DNA of 64,000 nucleotides from Antedon mediterranea. Taxonomy: Eukaryota; Animalia; Echinodermata. Under the pieces are notes generated by a model. The model did not search any database and had not been told where the DNA came from. It worked only from the letters and a program-made list of their open reading frames with translations. The position numbers were made by a program, and so were the translations under genes. Shown piece by piece: positions 63,649 to 64,000 of the stretch (its first letter is position 1; each line of letters opens with the position of its first letter). The stretch covers positions 20,133,432 to 20,197,431 of the forward strand of contig NC_092679.1 in NCBI RefSeq assembly GCF_964355755.1. Reading direction: 5' to 3'.

Positions 63649-64000
63649 TTATGATATTAATCATATACTCCATTAATAATATACACTATTAGTATAATGT
63701 ATGTTCCATAATAATTTAACTTTTTAACCTAATGTTTCCTAATATATAATTAACTTTATATAATTAATAGCTATTAAGATAAAAACAAATAACTAATGAT
63801 AAATTAATGTGTAATCTAATATACTATTACTATTGATATGTACCATAATGTATCCCATAGTTTTATTGGTTACTACCGAATAAATTCTAAACCACCCGGT
63901 GATATATAATGAAATTTAATTAATTAATTTTAAACAATAAAGATGAGGAAATCTGTGAGAATGAGAAAAATTCGCCCCAATCGAGATTCGAACCCGGAAC

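Overview
AT-rich, intron-containing animal genomic DNA. It is probably from a marine invertebrate deuterostome (echinoderm-like), inferred from the Prospero sequence and the repeat content. Four protein-coding genes can be reconstructed by hand. (1-2) Two tandem three-exon TMEM26-like paralogs lie on the minus strand (917-2888 and 4157-6764). (3) An unrecognised seven-exon, ~262-aa gene lies on the plus strand (8482-12156), head-to-head with the TMEM26 pair. (4) A Prospero/PROX1 homeobox gene lies on the minus strand (CDS 23777-35143). It has a canonical minor-spliceosome (U12, AT-AC) intron just before the homeodomain, a candidate 27-nt frame-preserving microexon preceded by a UGC motif, and a long repeat-strewn upstream region. 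A young 5'-truncated Rex1/Babar-type LINE (13877-15526) is flanked by an apparently perfect 308-bp direct duplication. Non-autonomous DNA elements are abundant: several TWA-TSD Harbinger/Tourist-like MITE families (one triply self-nested), a TA-TSD family carrying a 17-bp minisatellite, P-like elements with 7-8 bp TSDs, a TTAA-TSD element and a Helentron-type HINE. I found no prokaryotic systems, CRISPR arrays, rRNA or convincing tRNA genes. All gene models and counts are manual and unverified by expression data.
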